From Candidatus Omnitrophota bacterium (GTDB taxonomy: Bacteria; Omnitrophota; Gorgyraeia; B26-G9): a stretch of DNA of 64,000 nt. Below the pieces are notes generated by a model. It worked only from the letters and a program-made list of their open reading frames with translations, had not been told where the DNA came from and did not search any database. A program made the position numbers and the translations under genes. Where the stretch lies: the NCBI GenBank assembly GCA_043814605.1, contig JBDRJV010000037.1, forward strand, positions 31,899 to 95,898. The letters run 5' to 3'. Positions within the stretch are counted from its first letter, which is position 1, and every line of letters begins with the position of its first letter. Shown here in pieces: positions 18,988 through 28,859 of the stretch.

Positions 18988-20805
18988 TTGAAGAAAAACA
19001 TAAAAAATTTAACAGCAATTTTGATGATTTTGATTGCAGTCATAATATATTTACTTCCGTTATTATTAAATCTAGACAAAGCATTTGATTTTCCTAAAAA
19101 AAATTTTGTTAATGGATTCTATGATATTTATTATTGTGCAATGATGTATCGATATAGTTTGCTGGAGGAAGGTCAGTTATTGTTTTGGTGGCCATTTAGG
19201 GAAGGAGGTTTATATGTTTTAATGCACCCTGCATTTATAGGAGTCAGTCCTTTCTCAATATTTATTCTGTTATTAGGGGTAATTAAAGGAGTTAATTTTA
19301 TATATGCTATATCCTACTTGATTGCTGGAATATCTATGTTCTATTTAACCCGTATGGTTTTAAAATATGATATTTATGGAGCAGTTTATTCATCCTTAGT
19401 ATTTGCGATGTGTGGGTTTTTCCCCTTTATGCAGTTTAATGGATTTATTTATGCGCGTGAGACAGTATTTTTACCCTTAATTACAGCAATGTATTTAAAA
19501 GCAGAATATTCAAATAAGTATAGTTATTTAACTGCAGTAATTTTGAGTGTATTTATTTTTTCAACAGGAATTTATTTTTTAGTGATTTTACTTTTTTTAT
19601 TCATATTTTCGTGTGTAAATTCTCAATCAGAAAAAAATGATAAATTGTATTTTTCGCATAGATTTTTTATAATTTTTTTAACAATAATATTCTTTACTTT
19701 AATTTTTTCTTTACCAAAAATTTCTCCAGTACCGCAATTAATTGACGCAAACTATGAACCTTTAAATACCGTATATTATCCAGAAAGTATTTTAAGCGTT
19801 AATCATGCGGCGAATAATATAAACCTATTTTTTACTCATCTTCTGGTTCCAGGAATGACTGGATTAGGGACAATGTACACAGGGATTTTACCGGTTTTTT
19901 TATGCATAATATCTTTTGTAATTTTTTTTAAAAAAAATCTAAAGTGGCTGATAATTTTAATAATTTTCATCGTATTATCTTTTGGACCTAATTCGCTTTT
20001 AGATTTACATTACTGGGTACAAAAAATTCCGTTGTTTAAATATATGATTGAAATATCTAAATATTACGCATTGATTATTGTTTTTATTATAAGTATAATT
20101 AGCGGTGCTTTTTTTAAATTATTAAAATCAAATTTTTCAAAGAAGAATAGAAATATTATTGCCATAACTCTTTGTTTGCTCACCTATGGGAATTTATTAT
20201 GGGCTAATATCGGATATTTTAGCGTTTATAATAAAAAAATTATGTTAGAGAAAAAACTTTCTTCAGGCAATTTTAGCAGTGCTAGATGTATTAATATGCA
20301 TCGCAGAGATGAAGGTGGTTTTGTATTGCTATTTAATGCGCTATTTCTAAAAGGAATAGGGGCGCATAATTTTATGTATAGAAGTACCGGAACTTTTAGG
20401 TCCGATTATCTTGAATCTAAATATTTTGTAATTCCTCGTTTTGTTTTCCTTCAACCCAGTACAGAAATAATGATACTCAAGAATCCGGCATATAATGGGG
20501 AGGTAAATTTTCTTAGTAAAAGTAATTTAGTTAAGTATTTTTCTATAAAACCTAATAGTGTTCATTTAAAAATTGAGGTTATTGAACCGGACATATTGAT
20601 CATCAATCAGAATTACTCTAAATACTGGATGTCTCAAGAGGGTAACGTTATCAATTATAAGGGGTTATTAGCATTAGCAATAAATAAAAAAGGTGAGTAT
20701 GAGGTAACGATTAAGTATGTTCCAATAGAATTTTATTTAGGAAGTATTATTTCCCTAATTTTTTTGATGTTATTTGGAATATATTTTTTAAAAAGGAAAA
20801 AGTGA
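18988..20805 (+). CDS. Large polytopic membrane protein (GT-C / YfhO-like candidate)
   Basis: The ORF track begins at TTG 18949, overlapping the upstream gene. TTG 18988 (preceded by GGGGTGG) or ATG 19024 are more plausible starts. There are ~12 TM helices and a C-terminal soluble domain with one final TM. Confidence 0.4.
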   Translation: MKKNIKNLTAILMILIAVIIYLLPLLLNLDKAFDFPKKNFVNGFYDIYYCAMMYRYSLLEEGQLLFWWPFREGGLYVLMHPAFIGVSPFSIFILLLGVIKGVNFIYAISYLIAGISMFYLTRMVLKYDIYGAVYSSLVFAMCGFFPFMQFNGFIYARETVFLPLITAMYLKAEYSNKYSYLTAVILSVFIFSTGIYFLVILLFLFIFSCVNSQSEKNDKLYFSHRFFIIFLTIIFFTLIFSLPKISPVPQLIDANYEPLNTVYYPESILSVNHAANNINLFFTHLLVPGMTGLGTMYTGILPVFLCIISFVIFFKKNLKWLIILIIFIVLSFGPNSLLDLHYWVQKIPLFKYMIEISKYYALIIVFIISIISGAFFKLLKSNFSKKNRNIIAITLCLLTYGNLLWANIGYFSVYNKKIMLEKKLSSGNFSSARCINMHRRDEGGFVLLFNALFLKGIGAHNFMYRSTGTFRSDYLESKYFVIPRFVFLQPSTEIMILKNPAYNGEVNFLSKSNLVKYFSIKPNSVHLKIEVIEPDILIINQNYSKYWMSQEGNVINYKGLLALAINKKGEYEVTIKYVPIEFYLGSIISLIFLMLFGIYFLKRKK

Positions 20806-20817
20806 ACACTTTTCATT

Positions 20818-22284
20818 ATGAAAATTAAATTTGTGCATTCAGATTTACAGGCGTTGGGTATTGAATATCTTAGTGCAATACTTAAAAAAAATGGGCATAA
20901 TGTGGATTTAATAATTGACCCCATGTTTCCATTTTTGAAAGCAATTTTAAATCCTTTAAAAAAAATTCTTCAATTAAAAGAAAAATTATTAAGAAATATT
21001 TTAAGCAATACCCCAGATATAGTTGCTTTTTCAGTAACAATCCATAATTTTGAATGGGCATGTCAATTAGCAAATGAAATAAAAAAATATTCAAATGCTT
21101 TTATAGTTTTTGGCGGTATCCAAGCAACTTTATTGCCGGAAGTAATTTTTCAAAAAGTAAAAGCTGATTTTGTAATCAGGGGTGAAGCAGAATATGTATT
21201 TATGGAGTTGGTCCAAAGCTTAGAATCTGATAAAAAATGGCATAAAATTAAAAATTTATGTTTCCAGGATAAGGAGAAAATAATAATAAATCCTTTACGA
21301 GAGTTAATTAACAATTTAGATGAGTTGCCTTTTCCGGATAAGGATATTCTCCCCGGATGGTTTAATAAAAAGGCTTACAGGATTATTACAAGCCGTGGTT
21401 GTATAGGAGAATGCAGTTATTGTTGTGCGCCTATTTTAAAAGAATTTTATAAAGGGTTGGGAAGTAAGATTAGAAGGCGTTCGGTTGATAACGTAATTGA
21501 AGAATTGACGTTAGCTCCAGCAAAGTATAATATTAGGAAAGTATTTTTTGAAGATGATTTGTTCACTTTTGATAAAAAGTGGGTAAGAGAATTTACTAAA
21601 CAATATGCTAAAAAAGTCAATTTGCCCTGTCTTATTCATGCTACTCCCGAAACCTTAGATTTAGAGATGATTGAATTATTAAAGGAGATGAACTGTTCTT
21701 GTGTTGAAATAGGAGTGCAAAGTTTAAATCCAGAAATAAGACAAAATTTATTAAGTAGGTATTATTCTAATGGAAAAATAGTAGAAATTATTGAAACTTT
21801 GAAGCAAAAAGGGATAATTTGTATTTGTGATAATATTGTTGGATTGCCGCAGGAAAAATTATCGGATATAAAAGCTGCTATAAAATTTTATGCTAAACTA
21901 AAGCCAGGTAAGATAGAAGTTTTACGCCTTGAGTTCTATCCCCAGGCGTCAATTATCGAAATGAGTAATTTAGCTAAAAAGGATAAAGAAAGAATAAATA
22001 ATGGGGAATTATTTATTTCTAAAGGATCTAATTATAAAAAGGTCTCAAAAATGTTGCTGCTTATAGGCTTAAGTTATATATTACCAGCTAAATCAGTGAA
22101 TTTTTTATTAAGAAAACATTTATTTAATATTTTTCCTTTTTTTGATGATTTTAATCACGTGAATGAATTTATATATTACTTTTCTGCTTTTTTTAAAAAA
22201 AATAAAAAAATAATATTTATTTCCTATCGGAATGATTTACTTGATAAAATTAAGTATGTATTTAAAAATATATTAGAAAATTAA
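20818..22284 (+). CDS. B12-binding-domain radical SAM protein (paralog subfamily 'LGIEYLSA')
   Basis: Has the N-terminal LGIEYLSAILKKNGH B12-binding-like domain, ITSRGCIGECSYCCA (CxxxCxxC) and the C-terminal motif YILPAKSVNFLLRK shared with 35228, 36739 and 44660. Confidence 0.8.
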   Translation: MKIKFVHSDLQALGIEYLSAILKKNGHNVDLIIDPMFPFLKAILNPLKKILQLKEKLLRNILSNTPDIVAFSVTIHNFEWACQLANEIKKYSNAFIVFGGIQATLLPEVIFQKVKADFVIRGEAEYVFMELVQSLESDKKWHKIKNLCFQDKEKIIINPLRELINNLDELPFPDKDILPGWFNKKAYRIITSRGCIGECSYCCAPILKEFYKGLGSKIRRRSVDNVIEELTLAPAKYNIRKVFFEDDLFTFDKKWVREFTKQYAKKVNLPCLIHATPETLDLEMIELLKEMNCSCVEIGVQSLNPEIRQNLLSRYYSNGKIVEIIETLKQKGIICICDNIVGLPQEKLSDIKAAIKFYAKLKPGKIEVLRLEFYPQASIIEMSNLAKKDKERINNGELFISKGSNYKKVSKMLLLIGLSYILPAKSVNFLLRKHLFNIFPFFDDFNHVNEFIYYFSAFFKKNKKIIFISYRNDLLDKIKYVFKNILEN

Positions 22285-22286
22285 TT

Positions 22287-23339
22287 ATGAAATTAAAAAA
22301 AATTATAAGCCCTTTAAATGTAATTGCTAAAATTACTGAAGTTAGATTGTTTAACAAAATTAGATTATTAAATGTTAATTTTTCTGTAACGTCACGCTGT
22401 AATTTAAATTGCAAATATTGTTGGAGAGGAGAGATCAGCAAAAATAATAATCATAATTTTCCGGACGAAATGAAACTTGTACAAATAAAGAAGGCTTTCC
22501 ATAATTTAAGGGAGCTGTATGCAGAAGTGATTAATATTACGGGAGGTGAACCTTTAGTCCGGGAAGATATCTCAGAGATAATCAGGGCTGGACTCAAAGA
22601 TAACTTATGGGTTTCTTTGACGACAAATGGGGTTCTTTTGACACAAAGATTAAAAGAGATTGATGAAGTCAAGCTTCTAATTGTAAGTTTAGACGGGAAA
22701 AAGGAATCTAATGATAGTTTAAGGGGTGAAGGGACTTTTTTAAAAGTAATAAAAGGTATAGAGTTAAGTAAAAACCTAGGCGTACCGCTTATGCTTTCTT
22801 GTGTAATTTCAGCAAAAACTCAAAATGAAGATATTGATTTTCTTTTAAATCTAGCTAAATTTTACGAAATTTATTGTATATTCCATCCTGTAAACGATAG
22901 GGGCATTGTAAATGATAAATGGGAAGTTAATTCGAATATAAAAAAAGTTAAAACAGAGAAAAACGAATTAATTAATAAACTAAATTATTTAAAAAATCAT
23001 CAACTGATTAATAAATCTTGTGGGGGTAAATATTGGTGTGAATTGATGAAAGAATTTCAGGAAAAACAAGAAATACTTAAAAATAAACTGTGTTTTGGCG
23101 GGAGGCTATTTGTAAATATTGAATCAAATGGGGTTGTGACATCTTGCGGGTTAAGCCAAGATCCTTTATTAAGAGACAGGATATTTGATCAGGGGTTTTT
23201 AGAAAACTATCAGTTAGCAGTAAGGAGAATTAGCTGTAAGGGGTGTTTTTGTTATTCATATAAAATGATAAATGATATTTCTAAATTTAATTTGCGAACA
23301 ATTAAGAATTTTTTAATACAAGATAAATTCAAGTATTAG
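22287..23339 (+). CDS. Radical SAM / SPASM-domain protein
   Basis: SVTSRCNLNCKYCW (CxxxCxxC), followed by a C-terminal Cys-rich SPASM-like region (CGGKYWC...CFGG...CG...CKGCFC). Confidence 0.8.
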   Translation: MKLKKIISPLNVIAKITEVRLFNKIRLLNVNFSVTSRCNLNCKYCWRGEISKNNNHNFPDEMKLVQIKKAFHNLRELYAEVINITGGEPLVREDISEIIRAGLKDNLWVSLTTNGVLLTQRLKEIDEVKLLIVSLDGKKESNDSLRGEGTFLKVIKGIELSKNLGVPLMLSCVISAKTQNEDIDFLLNLAKFYEIYCIFHPVNDRGIVNDKWEVNSNIKKVKTEKNELINKLNYLKNHQLINKSCGGKYWCELMKEFQEKQEILKNKLCFGGRLFVNIESNGVVTSCGLSQDPLLRDRIFDQGFLENYQLAVRRISCKGCFCYSYKMINDISKFNLRTIKNFLIQDKFKY

Positions 23340-23387
23340 CTTTTATTTGCAAAAGTAATAAAATTTATTTTTAAGGAGATTTTAGCT

Positions 23388-24746
23388 GTGGTAAATAACG
23401 TGAATATCAAAAGAAAAACGCAGAGCCTATGTATTGTTTGTAAACAAAGAGTCCCGGCTGAAGTTTACAAGAAAGACGAAAAAATATTTTTAAAAAAAAT
23501 ATGTCCTGAACATGGAGATATGGAGGTTTTTTTAGGACGAGCGGATTATTATGAATCATTAGATGAGTTCTTTTGTCTTATCCGTACGAATAAAAATAAA
23601 CACATGCCGACTCTTGAGCTTATTGTTAATTTCGATTGTAATATGAATTGTCCGATTTGTTATTTAGGCCCTCAGCGGAAAGAACTAAGCAAATTCTCAC
23701 CGACTCTTAATGAATTAGAAGATTTTATAAAACAAACAAAGTATTATTCTTTTGTCATTTCCGGAGCAGAGGCAACATGCCGGGATGATTTACTGGAAAT
23801 AATTAAATTACTTAAAAAATATGGTAAGACAGTAAGTATTAATACAAATGCTTTAAAATTAGCAGATTATAAATATGCGAAAAAAATGAAAAAAGCTGGG
23901 ATTGACCGTGTTAATATACAGTTTTCCGGTTTTAATGAAAAAGCTGAGAAGATTTTTAGAGGAGAAAATTATATAGAGATTAGGATTCAAGCTATGGAAA
24001 ATCTAAATAAGCTAGGCATCTCTATGGGACTAAATACTCTAATTGCCGGAAGCTTAAATGAGAATGATATAATTAGGGTACTAGAATTTGGCTTAAAATA
24101 TAAATCACTGCGTATGATAAATTTTTCAACATTAATTTTTGTGGGTGAGACAATGGATTATCCTTTAAATTATTACCTAATGCCCGATGATTTAATGATG
24201 CTTGTTGAAAAACAAACAAAAGGGAAAATTAAAAGAGAAAATCTTTATATTTTTAAAAAACTTGAAATTGTTATTTCATCATTTTTAAATAAAGATACTT
24301 GTTTTTATCGTCATGCTTATTTGCTGATCAAAAAAGGAAAAAATTATTTCCCAATAGATAATTTTATAAATCTAAAAAAACTGGAACCATATTTAGAATG
24401 TTATAAAAATCTTTTTAAAAAAAATAAGTTTCTGGGTAAAACCTTTCTGATTGTAATGACTCCATATTTATTGATTATAAATTATAAAATTTTAAAAATT
24501 TTAAGTGAAGTTACAAGAATGATCATATCCTATTTTTTTAAAAGATGGCTTTTCTTGCAGTCTAGCGATATAGTTTATTTACAATTTTCAGCGGTATGTG
24601 ATTTGTACAAAATTGATTATGATTTATTTAAAAGCTGTCAGTGTAAAACTATTTTCTTTTTTGATCGAGAAAATAATAAATTCTTTAAAAAAAGTAAGCC
24701 CATAGAAGATCATTATTGGTTGTTATGGAGAGATCGTGATAATTAA
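23388..24746 (+). CDS. Zinc-ribbon-fused radical SAM enzyme (paralog 1 of 6)
   Basis: GTG start with AAGGAGA 8 nt upstream. N-terminal CIVC...CPEHG (Cys3His ribbon), CNMNCPIC (CxxxCxxC), and the motifs SGAEATCRDDL and INTNALKL. There is a C-terminal hydrophobic segment and a Cys pair. Confidence 0.8.
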   Translation: MVNNVNIKRKTQSLCIVCKQRVPAEVYKKDEKIFLKKICPEHGDMEVFLGRADYYESLDEFFCLIRTNKNKHMPTLELIVNFDCNMNCPICYLGPQRKELSKFSPTLNELEDFIKQTKYYSFVISGAEATCRDDLLEIIKLLKKYGKTVSINTNALKLADYKYAKKMKKAGIDRVNIQFSGFNEKAEKIFRGENYIEIRIQAMENLNKLGISMGLNTLIAGSLNENDIIRVLEFGLKYKSLRMINFSTLIFVGETMDYPLNYYLMPDDLMMLVEKQTKGKIKRENLYIFKKLEIVISSFLNKDTCFYRHAYLLIKKGKNYFPIDNFINLKKLEPYLECYKNLFKKNKFLGKTFLIVMTPYLLIINYKILKILSEVTRMIISYFFKRWLFLQSSDIVYLQFSAVCDLYKIDYDLFKSCQCKTIFFFDRENNKFFKKSKPIEDHYWLLWRDRDN

Positions 24747-24752
24747 AGTTAT

Positions 24753-26135
24753 TTGCGTAAAAAATATCAGGATAATATAATGAACGGACAAGAAGTAATA
24801 AGAAAAACAACAAGCTTTTGCCCAGAATGTAAAACCACAATACCGGCAGAAGTTATAAAAAAAGATGGAAAAATTTTCCTGTGCAAGTTATGTCCTGAGC
24901 ATAAGGCGCAGGATTATTTTTTGGGTGAAGCTAAATACCATGAATCTTTAGAAGATTTTTATTTTAAGATACGTAAGAATATTAATAAACCTATAGTAAG
25001 TGTAGAGTTAGTGGTTAATTTTAGCTGTAATATGAATTGTCCGGTATGTTTTTTAGGAGATAATTTTGATACCTTAAAAAATTTTGACCCAACGGTTAAT
25101 GAAATAGAATCTTTTATTAAAAAAACAAAGTATAAATCATTTGTAATTTCCGGGGCGGAAGCAACTTGCCGGGACGATTTATTCGAAATAATTAAAATTC
25201 TAAAAAAATACAGCAAGACAGTGGGGATAAATACAAACGGGTTAAAATTAGCTGAATTTTCATATGTGAAAAAACTTAAAGCTGCAGGTGTGGACCGTGT
25301 AAATCTTCAATTTTCCGGTTTTAATTCAGATGCAGAAAAATATCTCAGAGGAGAAGATTACATCAATCAAAAACTTAAAGCCTTGGAAAATCTCAACAAA
25401 TTAAATATTGCTGTGGGATTAAATGCCCTTATTGCCGGAAATTGTAATGAAGATCAAATCGGTAATATTATCGAAATGGTTTCTGCTTATAGGGTAATAA
25501 AAATGGTTAATTTTGGATCTATGGTTTTTACGGGACTAGCAAAAGATTATCCCAGAAAAAATTATATAATGCCAGATGATTTGTTGAGGTTTGCTCAAGA
25601 ACAAACAAAAAATAAAATTAAACGCCAAAGTGTATATATATTCAAAAAACTTGAAATTGTAATTGCATCTTTTTTTAATAAAGATACTTGTTTTTACCAT
25701 CATTTATATTTAATTGTAAAAAAGAAAAATAGTTATAAACCGATAGATAAATTTCTCAATCTAGAAAAAATTGAATCTGTTTTAGAGCAATATAAAAATA
25801 TATATGGAAGAAGTAGTTTTATGGCTAAAATATATTTAATTATGATTCTTCCTTACCTATTAATTATAAATTACAAAATAATTTTAATTCTGGGTGAGAT
25901 TTTTCAAATGTTTTTTTCTTACTTTTTTAAGAAAGCCAATTTTCTTAAACAGCGCAATATTATTTATTTACTATTTTTTGTTGAATGTGATGTGTTACGG
26001 ATTGATTATGACATATTTAATAAATGTCCGTTTAAATCAATTTTCTTTTTTGACAAAAGTAATAATGGGTTTCAGAAAAAAAGGGATCCCATAGAAAATC
26101 ATTATTGGTTTTTATGGAAAGATAAAAAGAATTAG
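24753..26135 (+). CDS. Zinc-ribbon-fused radical SAM enzyme (paralog 2 of 6)
   Basis: CPEC...CPEH, CNMNCPVC, SGAEATCRDDL. Similarity to paralog 1 is high along the whole length. Confidence 0.8.
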   Translation: MRKKYQDNIMNGQEVIRKTTSFCPECKTTIPAEVIKKDGKIFLCKLCPEHKAQDYFLGEAKYHESLEDFYFKIRKNINKPIVSVELVVNFSCNMNCPVCFLGDNFDTLKNFDPTVNEIESFIKKTKYKSFVISGAEATCRDDLFEIIKILKKYSKTVGINTNGLKLAEFSYVKKLKAAGVDRVNLQFSGFNSDAEKYLRGEDYINQKLKALENLNKLNIAVGLNALIAGNCNEDQIGNIIEMVSAYRVIKMVNFGSMVFTGLAKDYPRKNYIMPDDLLRFAQEQTKNKIKRQSVYIFKKLEIVIASFFNKDTCFYHHLYLIVKKKNSYKPIDKFLNLEKIESVLEQYKNIYGRSSFMAKIYLIMILPYLLIINYKIILILGEIFQMFFSYFFKKANFLKQRNIIYLLFFVECDVLRIDYDIFNKCPFKSIFFFDKSNNGFQKKRDPIENHYWFLWKDKKN

Positions 26136-26144
26136 GAATAGAAT

Positions 26145-27512
26145 ATGGAATTAAGAGTCATAAAAAGAAAAACAACAAGCTTGTGTCATGTCTGTAAACA
26201 AAAAGTCCCGGCGGAGGTTTTTAAGGAAAACAATAAGATTTTTTTACGTAAAATATGCCCGGAGCATGGGAATTTTGACGTTTTTTTAGGCCGGGCTCAA
26301 TTTTATGAGTCTTTAGACGATTATTTATTTTTGATTTATCCCGCTAAAAAAATACATAGTGAAGCCGCAGAATTAATGATCAGTTTTGATTGTAATATGC
26401 ATTGTCCGATTTGTTACTTGAAAGACGAGCGTAAATTTTTAAAAAAGTTTGATCCTTCGCTGTGTGAATTAGAAGAATTTATTAAGAATACCCAGCATCA
26501 TTATTTTGTTATTTCTGGGGCTGAGCCGACTTGTCGTGATGATTTATGTAAAATAATTAAAATACTCAAAAAATACAAAAAAACTGTCAGTTTGAATACA
26601 AATGCTCTAAAATTAGCAGATTATAGATATGTGACTAGTCTTAAGAAAGCGGGGGTTGATAAAGTTAATGTGCAGTTTTCTGGGTTAGATCCAAAAGCGG
26701 AATATTTTTTAAGAGGCAGTAATTATATAGATCTGAAATTAAAAGCGTTAGAGAATTTAGAAAAACTTAATATTTCTATAGGATTAAATACACTTATTGC
26801 GCGCACTCATAATGAAGATCAGGTGGGCAAAGTTATAACTCAAGCATTACAATATAATTCTTTGAGGATGATATGTTTTTCAACCATGGTTTTTATTGGT
26901 CATACAGAAAATTATGTTCTGGATACATATTTAGCTCCAGATGATTTACTAAGATTAGCAGAGGAACAGACACAAGGAAAAATTAAGAGCGAAAGCGTAT
27001 ATATTTTTAAAAAACTTATAATCGTTATATTATCTTTTTTTAATAAAAATACTTGTTTTTATGATTTTGTTTTTTTAATTATTAGGAAAAAAAAATCTTA
27101 TATTCCTATAGACAAATTGATGAATCTTAAAAAAACTGAGCGATGTTTAGATAAATATAAAAATATATATAAAAATAATCAAATTTTAGCCAAGGTTTAT
27201 TTAATATTTATTAGTCCGTATTTATTTTTAATCAATTATAAGATTTTGAAAATAGCAGGAAAACTTATTCGCATGATTTTTTCAAAATTTTTTAAAAAAT
27301 TAGGGATTTTTTATCCTAGTGATTTAATCCTGATCCAATTCTTTACAGATTGTGATCTGTACCGTATTGATTATGATATATTTAGAAAATGTCCGTTTAA
27401 AGCAGTTTTCTTTTTTGATAAAAATAAAGAAGGGTTTAAAAAAAGTGATCACCCGATAGAAGATAATTACTGGTTTTTATGGAATAATAAAAATGATTTA
27501 GGATTAATTTGA
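26145..27512 (+). CDS. Zinc-ribbon-fused radical SAM enzyme (paralog 3 of 6)
   Basis: CHVC...CPEHG, CNMHCPIC, SGAEPTCRDDL. Confidence 0.8.
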   Translation: MELRVIKRKTTSLCHVCKQKVPAEVFKENNKIFLRKICPEHGNFDVFLGRAQFYESLDDYLFLIYPAKKIHSEAAELMISFDCNMHCPICYLKDERKFLKKFDPSLCELEEFIKNTQHHYFVISGAEPTCRDDLCKIIKILKKYKKTVSLNTNALKLADYRYVTSLKKAGVDKVNVQFSGLDPKAEYFLRGSNYIDLKLKALENLEKLNISIGLNTLIARTHNEDQVGKVITQALQYNSLRMICFSTMVFIGHTENYVLDTYLAPDDLLRLAEEQTQGKIKSESVYIFKKLIIVILSFFNKNTCFYDFVFLIIRKKKSYIPIDKLMNLKKTERCLDKYKNIYKNNQILAKVYLIFISPYLFLINYKILKIAGKLIRMIFSKFFKKLGIFYPSDLILIQFFTDCDLYRIDYDIFRKCPFKAVFFFDKNKEGFKKSDHPIEDNYWFLWNNKNDLGLI

Positions 27513-28855
27513 TGGACGTAAGGCAAGTAAAAAGAAAAACTACAAGTTTGTGTAGTGTTTGTAAACAAATAATTCCGGCGGAGGTTTTTACAAAAAACAG
27601 AAAGGTATTTTTACGAAAAATATGCCAGGATCATGGAGAAATAGATGTTTTTTTAGGAGATGCTGATCTTTATGAACAGCTTGATGATTTTTATTTTAAA
27701 ATACGGTCTAATAAAAACAGCACGATAGCAAGTCCAGAGCTTATCGTTAATTTTAATTGTAATATGAATTGTCCGGTATGTTATTTAGGACACAATCGAA
27801 AATATTTGGAAAAATTTAATCCTTCGCTTGATGAAATTGATGTTTTTACTAAAAATACTAGTTATAAATCATTGGTTATTTCCGGAGCAGAGGCAACTTG
27901 CCGAAATGATTTATTTGAGATAATAAAAATTCTAAAAAAATACAGAAAAACTGTCAGCCTGAATACAAATGCCCTAAAGTTAGCAGATTATAAATATGTG
28001 GCTGGTCTTAAGAAGGCGGGGATTGACAGAGTTAATGTGCAATTTTCCGGATTTGATGCACAAGCGGAAAAATTTTTAAGAGGTGACAATTACATCGGCC
28101 AAAAAATAAAGGCCCTGAGGAATTTAAATAATTTAAATATTTCTATAGGGCTAAATTTATTGATTGCCGGGGGTTGCAATGAAAAACAGATGATTGAAGT
28201 TCTAAAAATGGTACCTCAATATGGATCCTTGCGGATGATTAATTTTAGTACGATGGTTTTTGCTGGAGGCGCTGAGAATTTCCCTCAAAAAAATTATTTA
28301 GTTGTTGACGATTTATTGAAAATAATTCAGGTTCAGACAAAGGGAATTATTAATCGGGAAGATATTTATATTTTTAAAAAACTAGAACTTGTAATTTCTT
28401 CATTTTTAAATAAATTTACATGTTTTTATCATCATGCTTTTTTAATCATTAGAAAAAAGAATGGTTATATGCCGATCAGTAATTTTTTAAATTTAAAAAA
28501 AACAGAGCTAATTTTAGAAAAATATAATAAAATATATCAAAATAGTAAATTTTTGGCTAAAATTTTTTTAATAATGAGCATGCCTTATTTATTATTTATA
28601 AATTGGAAAATATTAAAAATATTTAGCCAGATTTGGTTAATCTTATTTTCCTATTTTTTAAAACGTGGGCATTTTTTAAGACAAAGTAATTTAGTTTATT
28701 TACAATTTTGTGTTGAATGTGATAAATATCGCATTGATCATGATATATTTAAAAGTTGTACGTGTAAATCATTATTCTTTTTTGATAAAAGCGAAGATGG
28801 ATTTAGAAAAGTAAGTAAACCTGTTTTAAAGGATTACTGGATGTTATGGAAGTAA
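27509..28855 (+). CDS. Zinc-ribbon-fused radical SAM enzyme (paralog 4 of 6)
   Basis: CSVC...CQDHG, CNMNCPVC, SGAEATCRNDL. 4-nt ATGA overlap with paralog 3. Confidence 0.8.
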   Translation: MMDVRQVKRKTTSLCSVCKQIIPAEVFTKNRKVFLRKICQDHGEIDVFLGDADLYEQLDDFYFKIRSNKNSTIASPELIVNFNCNMNCPVCYLGHNRKYLEKFNPSLDEIDVFTKNTSYKSLVISGAEATCRNDLFEIIKILKKYRKTVSLNTNALKLADYKYVAGLKKAGIDRVNVQFSGFDAQAEKFLRGDNYIGQKIKALRNLNNLNISIGLNLLIAGGCNEKQMIEVLKMVPQYGSLRMINFSTMVFAGGAENFPQKNYLVVDDLLKIIQVQTKGIINREDIYIFKKLELVISSFLNKFTCFYHHAFLIIRKKNGYMPISNFLNLKKTELILEKYNKIYQNSKFLAKIFLIMSMPYLLFINWKILKIFSQIWLILFSYFLKRGHFLRQSNLVYLQFCVECDKYRIDHDIFKSCTCKSLFFFDKSEDGFRKVSKPVLKDYWMLWK

Positions 28856-28859
28856 GAAT

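Noticed and set aside
23388-28855. Possible DNA direct repeats or CRISPR-like array suggested by four very similar consecutive units
   Set aside because: The units are ~1.35 kb full-length protein-coding paralogs (zinc-ribbon rSAMs). They have diverged at nucleotide level, so this is gene duplication, not short spacer-repeat structure. No CRISPR repeats or cas genes were seen anywhere.
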